A stretch of 63,638 bases of DNA, filler included, from Kipferlia bialata (lineage: Eukaryota): assembly GCA_003568945.1 (NCBI GenBank). It is 3 parts of 3 records of this genome, joined end to end, with 100 filler letters (N's around TTAATTAATTAA, not from the genome) between each part and the next. Parts side by side here need not be neighbours in the genome. Positions count along the whole stretch, not along the records: positions 53,586 to 63,638 come from BDIP01000161.1; 2 more parts are not named here. One strand, given 5' to 3'. The notes under the pieces were generated by a model. It was given only the letters and a program-made list of their open reading frames with translations. It was not told the DNA's origin and did no database searches. A program made the position numbers and the translations under genes. Of the stretch, positions 61,101 through 63,638 are shown in pieces (the stretch's first letter is position 1; each line of letters starts with the position of its first letter).

Positions 61101-63393
61101 TATCATCTCTCCCTCCCCCCAGGCCAGCACTATGATGCCCTAAGGGGCATGTCCCTGGTGGCAGAGGGCCAGGAGGAGGCAGGGGCAAGGCAGTTCAAGA
61201 GAACATCACACGTGGAGCTGAGGGAGATGGCGAGAGAGGCCGCTGGTGGTAGGAAGATCACCACACTCAAGGGGTTCAGAAAGGAGGTACGGCATAGATG
61301 TGGTCTCAAGTCTATATTGCATATGTTTATGTCTCACCCCCAGTATGGTGAGCACACCCTAGGTCTGGACGACCTGGCAGAGCGTATCCTAGACGGTGCC
61401 GAGGCCGGCGATGCCCTGCCCCAGCTAGACAGGAGACACGCCATGGACGCCGTCCCTGCCCCCTGTGTGTCTGTGCTCCTAGGTGGGGGTGTGGGGGTCT
61501 ATGGGTGGGACTCCATGTTCACCCCATACACCAGGCTCCCTGACGTGGTGTCTCCCAAGGTGGCCACTCCCAGTATCAGTGTACCCAAGAGGGACACGTT
61601 CCCTCTGTCTCCTAAGGCTGGGCCGGTACCTAAGACCTCTGCTCAGGGTACATCCGTGGCAGAGGTGGTCCCTGTTGAGACAGCACCGTCCCCCGTGAAG
61701 GTCCCTCCTACCCCTGAGGCTGTCGCACCCGAGGCTGCCCCTGAGCCCGTAGCAGAGGCTGGAGCCGCGGAGGGGGTCAGCGCTCAGGAGGCAGCAAGAC
61801 AGGTACACAATGTATGTTAGTCATTAGTAATCTCCAATACAGTACAAACACACCCGCCTCACCGCTAGGCCTGGGGCCAGGAGAGTGATGACGACTGGTC
61901 CGACTGGGATGATGAGGAGAATGAGGCCACTGCATCTGCCAAGGCCAGGCTCAAGGGTCTAACCATCAGAGAGCCCAAGAAGGTCAGCTCTTTCTCCCTC
62001 TCCCAGTACCAGGGGGCCTTTGGGGCCTTACCCGGCTCCTCCTCCTCCCTCTCTCTCTCCTCCTCCGTCGCAGTGTCTCCATTTGTGGGTCAGAAGGGGA
62101 GTGCCTCCACTGCCGGCAGAGCAGTGCGTGGGGATGCGTCCCCAACCTCAGGAGACCTGTCCCACTCAGTGCCCAGTGTCACTCCTGTCATGGAACCTGG
62201 CAAGGAGGCAGGGGACACAGAGGCAGAGAGCGGTGCTGCCAGGCAGGCCATGGCCACCGCCCAGTCTCCCTCATACTCATCTAGAGACATATCGAGTGAT
62301 GTGTCAAGCGGTAGTGGCGGTGCATCCAAGGTTGTAAACAGTACATCTGTACCTGTCAGAGTTGGTGTCTCTGAGCCTACCCCTGCTATCTCTGCAGAGG
62401 CCAAGACGACAACGACGACCGTGGCCCCTGTTGCCTCCCCATCAGAGCCCTCCGTGTCCACCCCCTCTGTCTCTGTCGCCACCCCCTCCCCCTCAGTCCC
62501 TCCCCCTGCCCCCTCCCTCTCTGCCGTACTACAGAGGGGGTCTGCCCTGCTCTGGAGTGGCAAGGCAGTGGAGAGCAGACGGGTGCTGGCCTCCTTGGGC
62601 ACACCACTACTCAACAGACAGGGCCCAGTCACCCCGGCCCTCAAGACTATGCTCAAGCGCTACAGGTGTTATTCACAAGCCATTGTGTTCACCACTACTC
62701 TATTCCCGCCCACCCCTCCTCCCCCTCACACACCCAGGCTTGTGCGTAACGTGGCTGAGCTTCTGGCTATGTCGACCCTTGTCCACAAGCCCCAGGCCAA
62801 GCTGGTGTGTGCCATGCTAGCCTGTAGGACAGACCCCGAGGCAGACATCAGAACCAGGGCAGAGGCATACCTCTTCACAGGTGGGGGGCAATGGGAGAGG
62901 ACATCTTATTGTCAATCTTCGACCGTCTCTCCAACCATTCTCATTCCAGGTGCCCTCTATGAGAGGCTCGGTAACTGTCAGCAGGCCAGAAAGATTGTTC
63001 ACAATCTGCACAATGTGGTGGACAAGCTGTCAGAGCGTCAGCAGAAGGAATGGCATAGGATGAACACGTCAGAGAGACCTGACACGAAGAAGGAGATGTA
63101 CCCTCTCACCAAGTTCCCTTGTTGGGCATGTAGAGATGGTGAGTATGAATGATTACGTATCTCCCCATTGTTCTTTGCTTGGCAGTGTCTCATTCCTAGG
63201 ATATACCAATGTAGTCCAGGGTCGGTGCAACAAGTGCAAGGCCGGTCTGAGGTTCTGTGTGAGAGGGAAGCGTCCTGTCACCAGGGACCATGGACTGTGT
63301 GCGGTATGTGGTGCGGCTGAGTCTGGTCACAACCACGACACCTGCATCTATTGTGGAAACACTGAATTCATATCAGTGCCGTGTAAGGAGTAA
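58169..63393 (+). CDS. Protocoatomer-type protein, TSET/TPLATE complex TTRAY (TWD40-2)-like
   Basis: The N-terminal propeller CLHHSRPLVYLANGAQVYEYSLATGRRVA resembles plant TWD40-2 (FHP...IAVAVG..IMEFD.LTG.KIA). It is followed by a helical region, a Pro/Ser/acidic linker (DDWSDWDDEE) and a C-terminal FC...LCAVCGA...TCIYCG zinc-ribbon. The match is from memory of the family, not a search. Confidence 0.65.
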
Positions 63394-63638
63394 TGTATAT
63401 GAGTGAGGTACCCTTTTGGTACAGGAACTATGTATTGAATATGTTAATTGTAGCCACTTTTTGGGATATTGAGTAATAGAATGATTATATCAGTGTTATT
63501 TGAAGACGTGTGAGTCACTGCACTGAACGAGTCAAGCATCAACCTTAAAATGATGACAAACAAAAACACAAAAGGGTTCGTGCTTTCTGTATCAGACCCG
63601 GCTGCTCAGTGCGAGATAGGGCTTAAACCCTTTTGTTG

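Noticed and set aside
1..63638. Transposon, retroelement, viral, tRNA or rRNA genes
   Set aside because: No transposase, RT or integrase motifs, terminal repeats or structured-RNA signatures were recognised by eye. A covariance-model search was not possible.

Overview
Intron-rich eukaryotic (protist) genomic DNA. It has GT-AG introns whose 3' ends fit YTNAC-CCC-CAG, microsatellite-rich introns, and poly-G/C tracts. These features and the expanded kelch-like family suggest a free-living fornicate (Kipferlia bialata-like); this is an inference. Two artificial 100-nt N/TTAATTAATTAA spacers (24646-24745, 53486-53585) join contigs, so adjacency across them is not biological evidence. Gene models were spliced and translated by eye. 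Contents in order: a cluster of a lineage-specific beta-propeller ('LGPEYHTSM') family with a MORN gene (1-11 kb); a multi-TM + PAS + catalytically degenerate class I cyclic-nucleotide phosphodiesterase gene (13.5-20.2 kb, -); the 3' part of a kinesin; several hypotheticals; a DUF975-like gene; a kelch gene; a second TM + PAS + degenerate PDE gene (33.4-39.1 kb, +); two head-to-head ABCA half transporters; CFAP58; PI synthase; an MMTAG2-like RS protein; and a TSET/TPLATE TTRAY(TWD40)-like gene. Three signals stand out. (1) Two membrane-anchored PAS-pseudoPDEs share the same loss of metal ligands. (2) Degenerate tandem 'echo' copies of splice junctions, start codons and stop codons lie beside the functional copies throughout the window. 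(3) One paralog carries an apparently newly gained intron built from such echoes.
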